A DNA stretch of 64,000 bases from Diadema antillarum (lineage: Eukaryota), in assembly GCF_040938485.1 (NCBI RefSeq), contig NW_027271683.1:930001-994000 (forward strand), in the 5' to 3' direction. Position 1 is the first letter of the stretch; each line of letters opens with the position of its first letter. The translations under genes and the position numbers were made by a program. The notes under the pieces were generated by a model. That model searched no databases and had not been told where the DNA came from. It saw only the letters and a list, made by a program, of their open reading frames with translations. Of the stretch, positions 37,695-49,400 are shown piece by piece.

Positions 37695-38064
37695 TCACAC
37701 ACTCACTCCTTGGAGTGAGTGTGTGCACCTATGGAGGTTGCCACTCTAAGTAGCTCCCAGTGATACTCTGTTTTTTGCCATTTTGCATTTACAAAGAGTC
37801 ATCAAAATATGTGTAACGTTGCAACTTTGTCTCAGGATACTGCTAGGAAAGTTTCTTCCAGTTTGATTGTATGAATCTCAAGAATTCTGAGTTTCAAGTT
37901 TTGGAGATTTGCAATAGCTGAGACTGTCTAAGTTGCCATGTTGACCATACCCCCCGGATACATCCAAGCCTGTTTCACAGCCACACTTGGATGACCTTCC
38001 AGGGATGAATAGAAGCCTTGCTATTCATGCTACATAGAACCCAGATTCTTGGACTTGGATCACA

Positions 38065-41000
38065 ATGGCCTCTAAGAGGATTGAGTCTATTATCCTCTTC
38101 TGCCTTCTTTTGTGTGCACTGGCCTGTGAAGGCAATGGAAATCCCTGGGCAGTACCTGTGTTAGCTAACTTGTACACCACCTACAAGGGCTATGTTGGGC
38201 AAGCTGAGTATTTATATACTACCAAGTACTCTGGACCACCAGTACCATATCATTCGAATTCTTCAGCGAATTTTCGCCCATCTCTTGTGACCTGTGGTGA
38301 CGTAAGCCCCAACCCGGGACCTTCACGTGCATCTCACATACATCAGCATGACCAGCAGGCTGTGCCTCAGTGGCAAGATAAAACTAATGTATGTTATCAT
38401 AGACCCAGACTCTCCCTCGCGGGTCAAGCTGCAGTTCGTCTTCATACTCAGAAGCTCGACCGTGAGGTATGGAATCGAATCCACCAACTGGGCATTGCTC
38501 GCCGACGGAAAACCCAAAGGGTAGAAGAAGGAACAGACCAGATGAGAGAATCAGCGGTATACCGAAAACTGGGGGATGCCGTGCAGAAGTTCACAAATCC
38601 TGCCACATCGCCACTCGTGTCTCCTACCGCCCTGAACCAAGTATGCTACCGGTTCAACGGAGTGTAAGCCACCATAATCTCGTTCAAATCATCAGAGAGG
38701 TCAAGCCATTCCATGTGAGTTATAATTTCCCACGCTTTTTTATGAGCAATATGAGATCCCTTGTTAACAAGTTTGATGAACTAGAGCTGTTCCTCCGAGA
38801 TAAAGACATTGATTTGTGCGCTGTGACTGAATCTTGGCTGACCTTAGATACTGTTGACTACTTCTCAGTCCATGGATACTCGCATTTCTCAAAATGTCGG
38901 ACTAGTCGAAGAGGAGGAGGGGTGTCCTTGTTCATAAGACACGAGCTTAATCCTTCTCCTGTTACGGACATCGCTGTGCCCAACGACCTTGAAATCGCCT
39001 GGGGGCATATTCGCCCCCGGCGCCTCCCTCGCAAAATCTCGAGCGTATACATCGCAGCTTTATACTCACCCCCAAATAGTGGTACTGAAGAACAGATGAT
39101 CGATCATGTCGTTCAGTCAATCGATGACCTGCGATTGAGACAGCCATCTAGTGGCCGGCTGGTTGTGCTGGGTGACTTTAATCGGCTAGATACAGATGTC
39201 ATTTGTGCCAATTGCTCTCTTCGACAGGTAGTGGACAAACCCACAAGATATGGCTCAATCCTGGATAAGATCTTAACAAACCTCGGGGACTTTTACAAAC
39301 AAGTTGCCATACTTTCCCCCCTCGGAAAAAGTGACCACAATGTGGTAACCTGGTTTCCCAAGGAAGTATTTCCCCGTGAGCCCAATGTCTTGACTAGGCG
39401 TGTCTTGAGACCCATCCGTGACTCTGACGCAAGATGTTTTGGTAGGTGGATCTCAAATCAGTCCTGGTCTAGTGTTCATGATGCCCAGATACCCAGACTA
39501 AATGTGATGAGTTCTACTCCACCCTTCACCAAGAACTGAACACATTCTTCCCTCAGAAGGAGGTATAACGAGTCCACAACAGAGACAAACCATGGATCAC
39601 CCCTGAAGTGAAATCGCTGATAAGTAAACGACAACATCTTTTTGTGAACGGCCCCATAAATGCTTGGAAAGCCTGCCGCAATAAAATCTGTAGGAGCATT
39701 CGCCGAGCGAAGAAAGAATTCTATCATGATCGTGTTGCCAAATTGAAGAATGATGATCCTGCGTCATGGTACAAAAACATTAAGCTCATGACGTCACGTA
39801 GCCAGTTAAACGAGATAATCCATGTTCCGGATGTTGATAAGTCGAAAGCAGACGTTGTCGCTGAAACCATCAATTCGCACTTCATAAGCATCTCAAGTGG
39901 TATCGCACCCCTTGAAATGTCCAAACTCCCACCGTTGACGTCTGATACCCCACCTCTTCCAAGACTTGAACAATGGGAAGTGATGCGAGAGTTGTAAAAA
40001 GTGAGTCCAGGGAAGTCTTGTGGACCTGATGGAATACCGGCGAGAGTGATAAGGATGTTTTCACTTGAATTAAGCTCCCCGTTACGTCACATTCTGAACA
40101 GTTCCTATACTGAACGTGTTGTGCCACATCAGTGGAAGCAAGCAATAGTAGTTCCTGTCCCGAAAGAGAAACCAGCCAAAATCGATAAGCTTAGACCAAT
40201 AGCACTTACAGATCATTTTGCAAAACTTGCTGAGTTGTTTATCACTAAGTGGTTGGTGTTTGCCATTGATCCCTCCCTTGACAGTAAACAATTTGGTAGT
40301 AGAGCTGGTATGTCATGTACGCACTGCTTAGTGGATATTGTCAACTTTTTATCCAAAAAAGCCGACAAGCTAGGTACTACGTCCGTGGTAGTTACAACAG
40401 ATTTCTCCAAAGATTTTGATAGAGTAGACCACTCAATAATCATGTCAAAGTTGGTTGAATTACAAGTCCATCCTTCTCTCATGTCTTGGATTGCCAACTT
40501 CCTCACTGACCGATCCCAGCGTGTTCGCTACCGTGGTTGTCTGTCCTCAAGTCGATCTCTCTATGCGGGAGTACCACAAGGAACACGTTTAGGCCCAGTG
40601 TTATTGCTGATTCTCATTAACGGCGCCTTGATGCCATCCAGTATTGAACATTGGAAATATGTAGACGACATGACGATAGCGGAAGCAACACAACTAGGAT
40701 CGGTCGGTGAAATGCAAGGTACCCTTCAGAAATTAGACAGATGGTGCACTACAAATAACATGCAACTGAATGCTTCTAAATGTCATGTAATGAGGGTTGA
40801 TTTTGGTAAAACCCAGTTGCCTTCTACACAATGTAGTCTAAATGGCCAGACTTTGGCTGAAGTGGATGTGGTAAAAATCCTAGGTGTTGGTGCAGTCTAA
40901 CCTCAAGTGGGACAGCTACGTGAGTGCCATGCTGTCAAAGGTTAGTAAGAGATTGTTCATGTTAAGATCATTGAAATCTTTTAAACTTCCAATGAAAGAT

Positions 41001-41399
41001 TTATTAAAAGTGTACACAGGTTACATCAGACCCCTGGTTGAATATGCCGTCCCGGTGTGGCATCCGGGTCTTACACAACAGCTGTCACTCCAAATTGAAA
41101 GGGTGCAAAAACGAGCCCTACGAATGATCTTAGGCGAATCCTACGGCACCTCTCTCAATGCTCTCGAAATAACACAACTTAAGTCTCTTTAGGCTCGCAG
41201 GCATGATGTATGCTGCAAATTTGCGAAGTCACTGCCAAAGTCACAACAATTCAGGCACTGGTTACCAGCACCTCGACAGACCAGGTACTCTTCATCTTTA
41301 AGAAGGTCAACACAATATCCCACTGTGAGGTGTAGAACAGAAAGGTACAAGAGAAGCCCAATTCCATATCTTATTGAGTTATTGAATACTAAACAATAA
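38065..41399 (+). pseudogene. LINE polyprotein (~1110 aa reconstructed): hydrophobic leader, 2A-like motif, AP endonuclease, reverse transcriptase
   Basis: APE motifs SNMRSL, VTESWL, GGGVSLFI, LGDFN, ILDKIL, SDHNVV. RT motifs GPDGIP, VPVPK, LRPIALT, DFSKDFDRVDH, GVPQGTRLGP, YVDD; C-terminal RCRTERYKRSPIPY. Lesions: frameshifts at about 38520, 39485 and 40887; stops at 39566, 39995 and 41190. Confidence 0.93.
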
Positions 41400-41429
41400 T
41401 TAGGAAAGGTTTAACGATTTAAAGGTATA

Positions 41430-41977
41430 GTTGTATGAGACAATTTTTTTTAGGCAATTGTGAAGTAACTGAAATCAAAGTTGGTGTACATTGCGGTATT
41501 GAAATATGAATGTGAAAGGTATGATTATTGTGTCCGTCACGAAAAGCGTTGTCATGGCAAACAATTTTTTCTTGGTAATTGATTTCAAATCTGTTATGTA
41601 TATCAATGACCTGAGGTGTAATTATGTTATTTGAGAGAATATTTCGGGCCGTGAAGTCAAAGGTCAAAGGTTAAACGTCAAGTGAAAATTTTTATTTTTT
41701 TTCTTTCTAGCTCGAAAATGGTTCAAGGTATATTCATGGAACGTAGTAAATATGTATGTATTGATAAGCAATGATTGCCTTGGAATTTAAGGGTCAAAGG
41801 TTTAAGATAAATGTTTATTATTTTACTGTTTTTTTTCCTTATCCTTATCTTTTTCTTTATGTTTGTGCAATACCGGTATTTTCAGAAGCTTGGTGTGTAT
41901 TTGTATTACCTTACAAAGAGAATATTTTGGGCTATGAGGTCAAAGGTTGAAGGTTAAAGGTTAAGTGAAAATGTATT

Positions 41978-42012
<35 letters not shown>

Positions 42013-42271
42013 TTCGGAAATGGTTCAAGGTACATTCATGCAACTCAGTGAACATACCTGTACCGATTGGCAATGATTGTTTGAAATTTTAGGGTTAAAG
42101 GTGAAGGTTAAGTGTACATTTTTCCTTCTTTGTTTCTCCCATGCTTGTGCAATGCTGGAGGGTATATTTTGAAGCTTGGTGTGTATTCGTATTACTTAAT
42201 GGTTTTTTTTTCCCGGGGGGGGGGGCATGAGGTCAAAGGTCAAACGTTAGGTGAAAATGATTCTTTTATAA

Positions 42272-42309
<38 letters not shown>

Positions 42310-42560
42310 GAAACGGTTCAAGGAATTTTCATGGAACTAAGTGAATATGTATGTATTGATAGGCAGAAATTGTTTTGGAAATATTACGGTTAAAGGTCAT
42401 ACATAAAGTGAAAATGTTCTAATTTCAATTTCTTTTTTTTTCTTCCTCATACCCGGAAATGGTTTAAGGTACAATGTACATTCATGTAACTTAATGAATA
42501 TTCATGTACTGATTCGCAGTGATTGTCTTGGAAACTTTAGAGTCAGCGATCCATGTCAAT
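41430..42560 (-). repeat. Tandem ~290-bp units rich in AAAGGTCAAAGGTT; probably a Helentron-associated (HINE-like) element nested in the LINE 3' UTR
   Basis: GG/GAAATGGTTCAAGGTA..TTCATG recurs at about 41715, 42017, 42309 and 42456. The reverse complement has TTGACCTTTGAC, ACACCAAGCTTC and GACGGAC motifs, as in the 11870-12335 element. Confidence 0.55.
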
Positions 42561-42783
42561 TCAAACTTTCATTATTTTTTTTGTGTGTGTATTCACTGCC
42601 TGAGAGTTTCTTTCTTGTTCGAATTGTTCTTGTTTTATGTGAGCCTGCGTGTTATTTTGATTTTGTAATTTTACATTTGTATGTAATACTTTGTATGTAT
42701 ATTTTTCACTTTTGTAAAATCATTTGTAATTCAGCCTCTGGCTGCAATCAATGATCTGTTGAATAAAGATACCATTGATAAAA

Positions 42784-43030
42784 AGGCAAAAAAACTCTGT
42801 CCCTCGGATAGGACATAAAATAGAGGTCCCGTGTATGAATGAATGACGACTCATGCATGTTAAAGATACCGCTTCAATTTATTCATCACAAAGAGCAGGG
42901 TATTTAACCCGGTGAAGTGGTCCTGCCTATTAGAACATCCAACTGGACCCTATGGAAGACCAGCTATCGCAACTGAACATGGGCTATCCAGCCATTTTCT
43001 CCGATGGAAATCAAACAAACAAACAAACCG
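42784..43030 (+). mobile_element. 3' part of the split SINE (Deu-domain-like core)
   Basis: AGGCAAAAAAACTCTGTCCCTCGGATAGGACATAAAA...AAGAGCAGGGTATTTAACCCGGTG...(AAAC)n tail, colinear with 60655-60900. Confidence 0.88.
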
Positions 43031-43759
43031 TATGTAATGACCACAAATAAACCAGAGTCTACTGACCGAGATGATCAATCGGAGTTGTATACATTGACTA
43101 AATCAACGAAGCATTACACTTATGAAGGGGAAGAATCTTGTACACTATGGAAAACAGAAAGCACAAATTTTGTTTTATTTGATGCTCTGATTGATTTGCA
43201 ATCAGAGTGGTGACTTCACAATAGCAGCAATATGGGTGTCATGGGGTTATATAGCTGATAAAACAAGTTCTTGATTGTACGTTTAAGTTATTCAACGTTA
43301 TAATCAACACATATACGCCTCCAATTAAATCAACAAGTAGGTCCTACGCGTCCGTTATTGGTACAAATTAGTGCTTCTCATGATGACTCAATACTGTTTC
43401 TGTTTACATTAAGTACCGGCTCAGAAGAGCATTATGTCGGTAAAAGTCTTTTGATGTAAGTTCGCAGTGCATGTACAATAGCTCGTTATTACATTAGGAT
43501 GATAATGCAAATACCACTATTTGTTCATACATATATTTTTTTTTTTGCGCATTTTCAGTCGAATGTTCGATTTCATGTTTTCTGTTCCAAGTTTTGATTA
43601 CATGCACTGCCAAATGGATTCGTAGAATTCATCAAGTAACTTGATTTACAATCGCTTGTATAGGCCTATCAACATGCTTCATCTTCCCCTACAAGCGTGT
43701 AAACAATGCACAAAATTGTCGCTTGCTTTTGGTTGATTGGAGTGGAGAGTAAACGCCGT

Positions 43760-43845
43760 ACAATCAAAACGTTGTGTTTGAGCATCGTCAATTAAGCATC
43801 ACCGCGTCAGCAGAGAAGAGTGGATGTAAAACTTCCGGAGTGCAT
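43760..43845 (+). promoter_or_regulatory. Shared upstream module, GPCR7
   Basis: AATCAAAACGTTGTGTTTGAGCATCGTCAATTAAGC...GAAGAGTGGATGTAAAACTTCCGGAG, about 525 nt upstream of the ATG. Confidence 0.55.
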
Positions 43846-44350
43846 AGGCCTAATTACAGCTTCATATAATACTGCTTTCTTTTTTATGATCCTATTTGAG
43901 TGATATTTCACAACGGACATGACTTGTCAGCTTCCCAGAACCCATTTGACGCCTCCAAACACATAATACGTGCGCATCTGGAGAATCGGGTATAGCCTTA
44001 TACGTGCTGACAAAGATTCGTCACAGACGTTGTAACTTTGAAACTTGTTGTAAACTAAAAACAAAAGGCGTCGTTCAGTAGAGATCTAACGCTTGCAGAA
44101 GAATACATTGAAGTATTTCTCAGTTGCTTGCATGCTCTTCATTACACATCGCGGTATCCGCTGTCATGCTACCCATCTTCTTACGTGTATTCGTTCTAGC
44201 CTTACAGAGATCACATTGAACTTCGACGAATGATCGATAGTGTATCATCAGTATCACTCAAAGTAACGCCCTGCGAAAACTGTTTATTAATGTTGACGTT
44301 GTTGTTGTTGTTGTTTTCCCTGAAGTTAACCTCGGAAGGTGGTGTACATA

Positions 44351-45469
44351 ATGTCGACTTCAGATCTCTTTGAGATGTTCAATGGCACAAACATACTTGA
44401 TCAATACTTTGATAATAAAGTATTTTCTACCATTAATTACATTCAACTTGGGGTATCGAACATACTGAACCTGTTTCTGTTGATCGCTCTGCGGACTCCT
44501 CTGGCTAACTTTGACGAAATATCCCATCGGTTTTTTCGAGTGCTTGCTGTCTTGAACTGGCTGTACAGTACGTATTGTTTTATCGTCCGTATCTGTGCAA
44601 CGGCTTTACAAAATCCGAATATTCTGATTCAGACGCTTTTCATAGACATTTCGTTCGCAATGGCAAGTCAAAGCCTGACATTACTAATCAATTTAAATAG
44701 GTACATCATGATAACACGACCTCTGCGATACAATGCTCTGGTTAATACTCGCCGTGCGAACTTTGTCATTGTTGGGGAGATCTTGTTCTCATTGCTGTTT
44801 CTTTCATTTGCTCCCTTCCCACATTCACCCTTCAAAAGAATCCTTTCCGCATTTATCGAGAGGGATTTTGATTTTCTTGGACATTTTCTCGAAACGTTGG
44901 AGATCATTCTGTCGATCGAACTGGTAATATGTGTTGTTACAATCATATTCATAACCACCACAAACGTGCATATCTTCTTCATTGCAAGGCGTCTCCAGAG
45001 GCAGATGATCAACCAGCCACCGGCAATCCTGGACCCATTGAGGGTTACAGACAACCATATTCAGGACGATCACAAATCGTTGCCTGGAAAACAACATAAA
45101 CATCACGTGGTAAAGAAAGTCTCCAAAACGCTGTGTTTTTTTCGCTCGAAGCCAACAAGTGGTCCCAAACATCCAGCTCGTACATTGACGAGGCCAGTGA
45201 AGGCAACGATCACGGTGGCTCTAATCACAGGTTCGTTCTACCTGTACTGGGTTCCTCAGGTCGTGAACCTAATATGGCTTCTGCGGGTCAGGCTCCCGCC
45301 TCCAACATGGTGGACGTACTTGGTTGGAAGTTTGATGTATGGCAGCTTATGGTGGAATGTAGTCATCCTCATACTGACGGATAAGCATCTTAAGAGAACA
45401 GTTGGGAATCTTCTTGGACGCATCAATTTGAAACAGTGCTGGAATCCATTCTTTGGTGTCTCTGTTTGA
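44351..45469 (+). CDS. GPCR7: intact intronless class A 7TM receptor, 372 aa (lacks both Cys7 and the ECL2 Cys)
   Basis: Open ORF from ATG 44351 (MSTSDLF), with FIDISF...INLNRY, FYLYWVP and YGSLWWNVVIL. Confidence 0.92.
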   Translation: MSTSDLFEMFNGTNILDQYFDNKVFSTINYIQLGVSNILNLFLLIALRTPLANFDEISHRFFRVLAVLNWLYSTYCFIVRICATALQNPNILIQTLFIDISFAMASQSLTLLINLNRYIMITRPLRYNALVNTRRANFVIVGEILFSLLFLSFAPFPHSPFKRILSAFIERDFDFLGHFLETLEIILSIELVICVVTIIFITTTNVHIFFIARRLQRQMINQPPAILDPLRVTDNHIQDDHKSLPGKQHKHHVVKKVSKTLCFFRSKPTSGPKHPARTLTRPVKATITVALITGSFYLYWVPQVVNLIWLLRVRLPPPTWWTYLVGSLMYGSLWWNVVILILTDKHLKRTVGNLLGRINLKQCWNPFFGVSV

Positions 45470-46436
45470 ACATTCATTGATTAAGAGAGAGAGAGAGAAC
45501 AGAAATTTACAGCTATATTTTGAGTGCAAGAGATTTATTCTGTAAAGCCACATACGTCAACATAAATGATTATGGTATGCAACTTGAAAATATCATCAAC
45601 CCTCTGCGTGAAACACTCATTTCCTGTCCAAAGTGTATATGTGAAGGGTTTGTTTGCAAAAACCGATAAGTCCTTTTTTGAAGATTTTGAAGTACGATAT
45701 CTGTCATAAAGTACAAAATAATACCTTTTAAATGATATATTGGTCACTATATAAAAAGGTATATTTTTAAGTTATGGTCAAAAGAAGCAAAAATTTTCTT
45801 ATTATTCTCTTTATTTTTCTTGACCTTTAATCGCAAATATCTCCATTTGGCAAATATGGACTTATCGGTTTTTGCAAACAAACTCTTCATGTGTACAGAA
45901 TTTGTGAACATTCGACTCATTGACACTGAAATGAGTCTTATTACGTCTTGTTTGTCATATTCTGGTTCCGCATTCGACTGGTATTTTCTCCGCTCATAAC
46001 TTTTTCTTTTTTTGTTAAACTTCAGGTTTTCACTCATGTACATGCGTTTCGTTACTACATACCGTTGTAATCATAACAATTCTTTATGCATGTACTACAT
46101 TTGCAGTACGAAGAGTCGTTGCTGATTTCACTTCTATAACCGTAATAAATACGATTGTTATTATCAATGTTGATAATATAACAATTATCAAAATTGTCAG
46201 TAGTTCAGTTAATCTTCTGGTTTGTGTATATTCTCCTATGTACAGTTTATTTTTCTATCATATTCATAATCCATCAAATTTGAACATAGCGGTACATCTA
46301 TGTATATACTATCTTATACTCATACACAGAATACGTTTTTTCGTTATTGCGGTCTATATGCTGATCTGAATGTACTTATAAGTGACAGTCCACATGTCGT
46401 TAAAACTCCTGATTATAAAAAGATATATATGTATAT

Positions 46437-49400
46437 GGGTCAGAATTTTGAACGATGTACAATTGAGCCAAAACAAGGCAAAATTTAAAAAGTAGGAAAT
46501 TCTCCAAATTATTCATCTTACCTGAAAGAGTATAACTCAAGCTTTAATGTGAACCCAATTATACTAGGATTTTCCCAGAGGAACAAGTTTTTATTCACCG
46601 CTGAAGTTTACCATGTCCAGAGCAGCGAACGTCCGTGAGGACTAGTACAGCACATACACTTGAATACCATTTAACATAGTTTGCAAAGATCTGATTCAGT
46701 TCAAAATCCTATCAAAATATCTTAAGGGACATGTGTACGTGCTTGCAGAATATTAAGCTTGTACTCTTAACCTGTACGTAATGGTAGACAACTGATGATT
46801 TAACTAAATTCGTCGTTTCTGTTGAAATATTGCTCTTCCGCTAAACACTTTCTCCACTTTACGCGCATTTTACAGAAACTCAATATTTTGACCTCTTATT
46901 TCACTATCCCATACTTCAATCCCCACTCCCAAATAATAACATACCCTTTTAAGATGTATCTGATCTATGCAGTCTCTATAACCCAACGAACATAGCATAG
47001 TTTTCATCACGGAGGTTCGCATGTAGCTCACGGACGTTCGGAACAAACAAGATGCAGCTCTCTTGAGTTGGAAACGCATTCTACTCACAACAAACAGCAA
47101 TTTCATGTCGAGAACAAACTCCTCTGCAAAATCCTGAACAGATATTACCAATTCTTTATTATATAAGCTTGTTTATCTTCTCATACTGAGGAATAAAAGG
47201 AAACAATTTTTTCCATCTCTCGTAAATGAACGTACAAACGTACGTGTAATCTCAGTGACGTAGTCCATCCTTGAGAACGAATATATATCAAAATTTCGTT
47301 ATCATGAAGTAAAGATTCAGGTCCTAAATTTGTTATCTAAAGTCTACAATGCAAAATTTGCTTATAACGAACATGGTCACAGCTAAAATTATGACAAATA
47401 ATTAACAGAGAAAGACAACAGGAATGTGCTGCGTTATAGAAATACGAAGTTTAGCTGGGGAGGGCAAACGAATACGTTGGGAAGAAATCCCTCTATGTTT
47501 GCTCCTTGTGTTACACACAGTTACCGAGGAGGGTTTGTATTATTATATTAGTCAGAAATGATAATAGGTTCGATACTGCGAAGTTTCTTCATAACAAGAC
47601 ACAATAAGTCCATATTACTTGGATGTTTGTGACTTCGATATTATACAATATGGTTTGTTATAACAAACATTTTGTAGCGCGTCATTTCGGAGGCTCGTTA
47701 TTCATACAGTTTGTCAATACGAAAATTGATAGAGTTCGTATAATTATGAAGCTTTTTTATTCGGTAAATGATAGGAATCTCCGAAGGTTAATCGAAAGGT
47801 TTATTAATGGGAACATGAAAAATCATGTTCGCTTATCCAAATGTGGAGAAACAAGCAACTAAAATCCTCCAAATTTCAAAACCTCATAATAACCGTTTTC
47901 ACCTAAACGAATATCAGGCCCTTTCCACTTTTAGAAGAACGGACCTAAAATAATGATCCTTAATATTTATTTTTCGGACTAACAAACTTTCGGAATAAGA
48001 AATTCTTTAATAACAAACCTCCTTAATTAACTACAAACTTTTTATTTTTATTTTCGGAATAACAAACCTTTGGACATCGGAGTAACGAATCTTAGGAAGA
48101 GCGAACGTATCAAAGTGCAACCTTAAACCTATTCTTAATCATTACTTTTTTTAACATGTGTTTTCAAAGTAAGCACAAAAGCACAAACAAAATGACGATC
48201 TCTCTGTCTCTTAAATGTAAAATGAAAAAAAAAATCTTGGAAAGAATTACAAATGAACATTGCTTTTCATTGATGAGTATAAAACAACACCATGTGATGA
48301 TAAGCGGAGGATTTGTTTGTTTTCATCAGACAATAATTGTATACTGCATTATTTTTGTTCGCTTGTGACGGTATTTCGATGAATAAAAAAACATAAACAA
48401 ACAAACAAAAACTTCTCCAGAGGAATTTGGTACAACGGGAGTGCACTGGCAATTCTTTTCTCTGTGTGTTGGAGCTCGATCCCTTCTCTGTTTCTCAGTC
48501 ATTTTTATTCAACTGCTTCCACGTCCTTTTGAAACTTTTCCATTTTTTATTCAACACATGCCCATTACAGACTTCTTCCGTCATTATCCTGTATGTGATC
48601 ACGTAGCACTTTTTGGATTTGTTTTGGTTTGTTTTGTTTTGTTTCTGTTTTCTGTTTGGTCGCAGCATGTCCAGGCTATTGAGGGAATGAGAGAAAAATC
48701 GTCATGAAGAGAAAAATAAGAATGAATTAAGGCATTTAATATCATGACAATTACAGCGAACGTCCGTTATGGAGGCCAAAACTGGATGTGTTCTGTTTGA
48801 GACGGCAGCTACCATACTCAAAAGATAAACACTTGGCGCACCTGTCACTAAAAAGTGGCACTGGTCCTCTTTCTCCTACTATGTAATCCATGGACTTATT
48901 CTACCAACGAACATCCGTGACTAAAACGTTTTCCTGTTGTTATTACAAGTAAATTGAGTGCTGAACATTATTCACTTTTGGGTATGAGCGGCTCGGTGAT
49001 TTGGTAATATTTTCAACTAACATTAACTTTATGTGCAGTGATATATTTGTAATTATCAGCAATTTCCTTTCTCGGACAGAACGTCCGTGAGCGAAACTTT
49101 CAGAACCTGTAACAGTACAAATTGTCTCCAGGTCCTCATTAGAAAGAAATTTAAATGCACAGAAATTACAGATTACGCAAAATTCCATTTACCTATAACT
49201 TTGTTTTCAGTGTTTAGCTGTTTTTTGTATAATTAGAGGGAAAACAAGCGTAAAATTGTGAGTAAATTTTCAACTGTTTCTTCATCATGATCACATAACG
49301 CCTTAAAAATTCTGAAACTACTGCCCTAAACTCATTGTTTTCTTTGTAAAACTTTATTTGTGGCTATTGGAGCTAAAAGTTTTAAAGAATACAGGACACT

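Larger units (their letters stand above)
37695..42783 (+). mobile_element. Apparently full-length APE-type non-LTR retrotransposon (CR1/L2 group)
   Basis: Lies between the two halves of one SINE, with AGGC repeated at both junctions. It has a 5' UTR, one long APE-RT reading frame, and a 3' end TGTAATTCAGCCTCTGGCTGCAAT...AATAAA. Confidence 0.88.

Noticed and set aside
38505-38525. Programmed -1 frameshift in the LINE (GGAAAACCCAAAGGG)
   Set aside because: The XXXYYYZ-like heptamers are not in the required phase. One missing G restores TQRGRRR, and the element has five other disabling lesions.
47680-48110. TTCGGAATAAC-like short repeats as a distinct element
   Set aside because: Too degenerate to define a unit or boundaries by eye.
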